Assembly (NCBI GenBank): GCA_048060725.1
Contig: JBGMQU010000003.1
Coordinates: 527 to 64,526 of the forward strand
Source: Gemmatimonadota bacterium
Lineage (GTDB): Bacteria; Gemmatimonadota; Gemmatimonadetes; Palauibacterales; Palauibacteraceae
Direction: 5' to 3'
DNA: 64,000 nucleotides
Each line of letters begins with the position of its first letter. Position 1 is the stretch's first letter. Under the pieces are notes generated by a model. It was not told the DNA's origin and made no database searches. It saw only the letters and a list, made by a program, of their open reading frames with translations. This document shows positions 63,860-64,000 of this stretch, in pieces. Position numbers and translations under genes: made by a program.

Positions 63860-64000
63860 CTACCCGCTCCCCGGAGCCGCCTCGAGACGGTAGGCGACGA
63901 CCCAGGTGACGTCGAACTCCCCCACCTCGAAGGCCCACACGCGGTCGCCGGAAGCGGCAACGAGCTTCGCATGGTCCGGGGCCCGGAGCTCGCCGAGGTA
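63860..64000 (-). CDS. Hypothetical protein (partial; 5' end beyond the right window edge)
   Basis: Hand translation of the open minus-strand frame gives ...YLGELRAPDHAKLVAASGDRVWAFEVGEFDVTWVVAYRLEAAPGSG, ending at TAG 63860-63862. Codons are G/C3-rich. I do not recognise a family. Confidence 0.4.
   Translation of the reverse strand, partial: YLGELRAPDHAKLVAASGDRVWAFEVGEFDVTWVVAYRLEAAPGSG

Noticed and set aside
1-64000. I searched the whole window for CRISPR arrays, transposases or integrases, rRNA and tRNA genes, and large repeats.
   Set aside because: I saw no regularly spaced repeats, recombinase motifs or structured RNA genes. The only repeats are the two 9-bp tandem duplications reported above.

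Overview
This is a very GC-rich bacterial chromosomal window with strongly G/C-biased third codon positions. It is almost entirely coding. I found no rRNA, tRNA, CRISPR array, transposase or integrase. The gene content resembles Gemmatimonadota- or Acidobacteriota-like genomes, but that cannot be proven from this window.

Layout:
1. 1-15.7 kb: a Wzx/Wzy-type exopolysaccharide (EPS) locus. It has an O-antigen-ligase-family polymerase, three GT4 and one GT2 glycosyltransferases, an ATP-grasp enzyme, a NodB-type deacetylase, a flippase and a Wzc/GumC-like tyrosine autokinase. It also has four sulfotransferase genes, one of which runs off the left edge and is absent from the ORF track.
2. 16.5-19.1 kb: a sigma-54 enhancer-binding response regulator and a soluble histidine kinase.
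3. 19-26 kb: guaB, two lytic transglycosylases, a PHP phosphoesterase and a nucleotide-sugar dehydrogenase.
4. 26-39.3 kb: a co-directional minus-strand array of DUF58, a BatA-like protein, mfd, surA, pdxA, ftsE, ftsX, an M23 (EnvC-like) peptidase, holB and moaC.
5. 39-50.5 kb: housekeeping genes (M28 peptidase, YtxH, YihY, smpB, amidase, pyrK, pyrD, qor, DUF72, rhomboid). This block includes an AmgK-like amino-sugar kinase fused to a RapZ-C-terminal-like domain, followed by murU.
6. 50.5-61.8 kb: a large acyl-CoA dehydrogenase, an uncharacterised three-gene cassette (Cys-less AsnB/beta-lactam-synthetase-like enzyme, radical SAM enzyme, halogenase-like flavoprotein), a lipoprotein, a 1051-aa BNR/sortilin-like protein, hxlR and dinB.
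7. 61.9-64.0 kb: a minus-strand operon whose last gene is a selenoprotein.

The selenoprotein is the most notable result. An in-frame TGA at 62120-62122 is followed by 78 more open codons and gives a U-G-S-C motif. A 7-bp stem with a GGUCU loop puts G and U at +23/+24 from the UGA, as in the E. coli fdhF SECIS. The gene is translationally coupled to a thioredoxin-fold (CPAC) fusion protein.

Many long ORFs in the track are antisense or alternate-frame artefacts of the high GC content and are not called.
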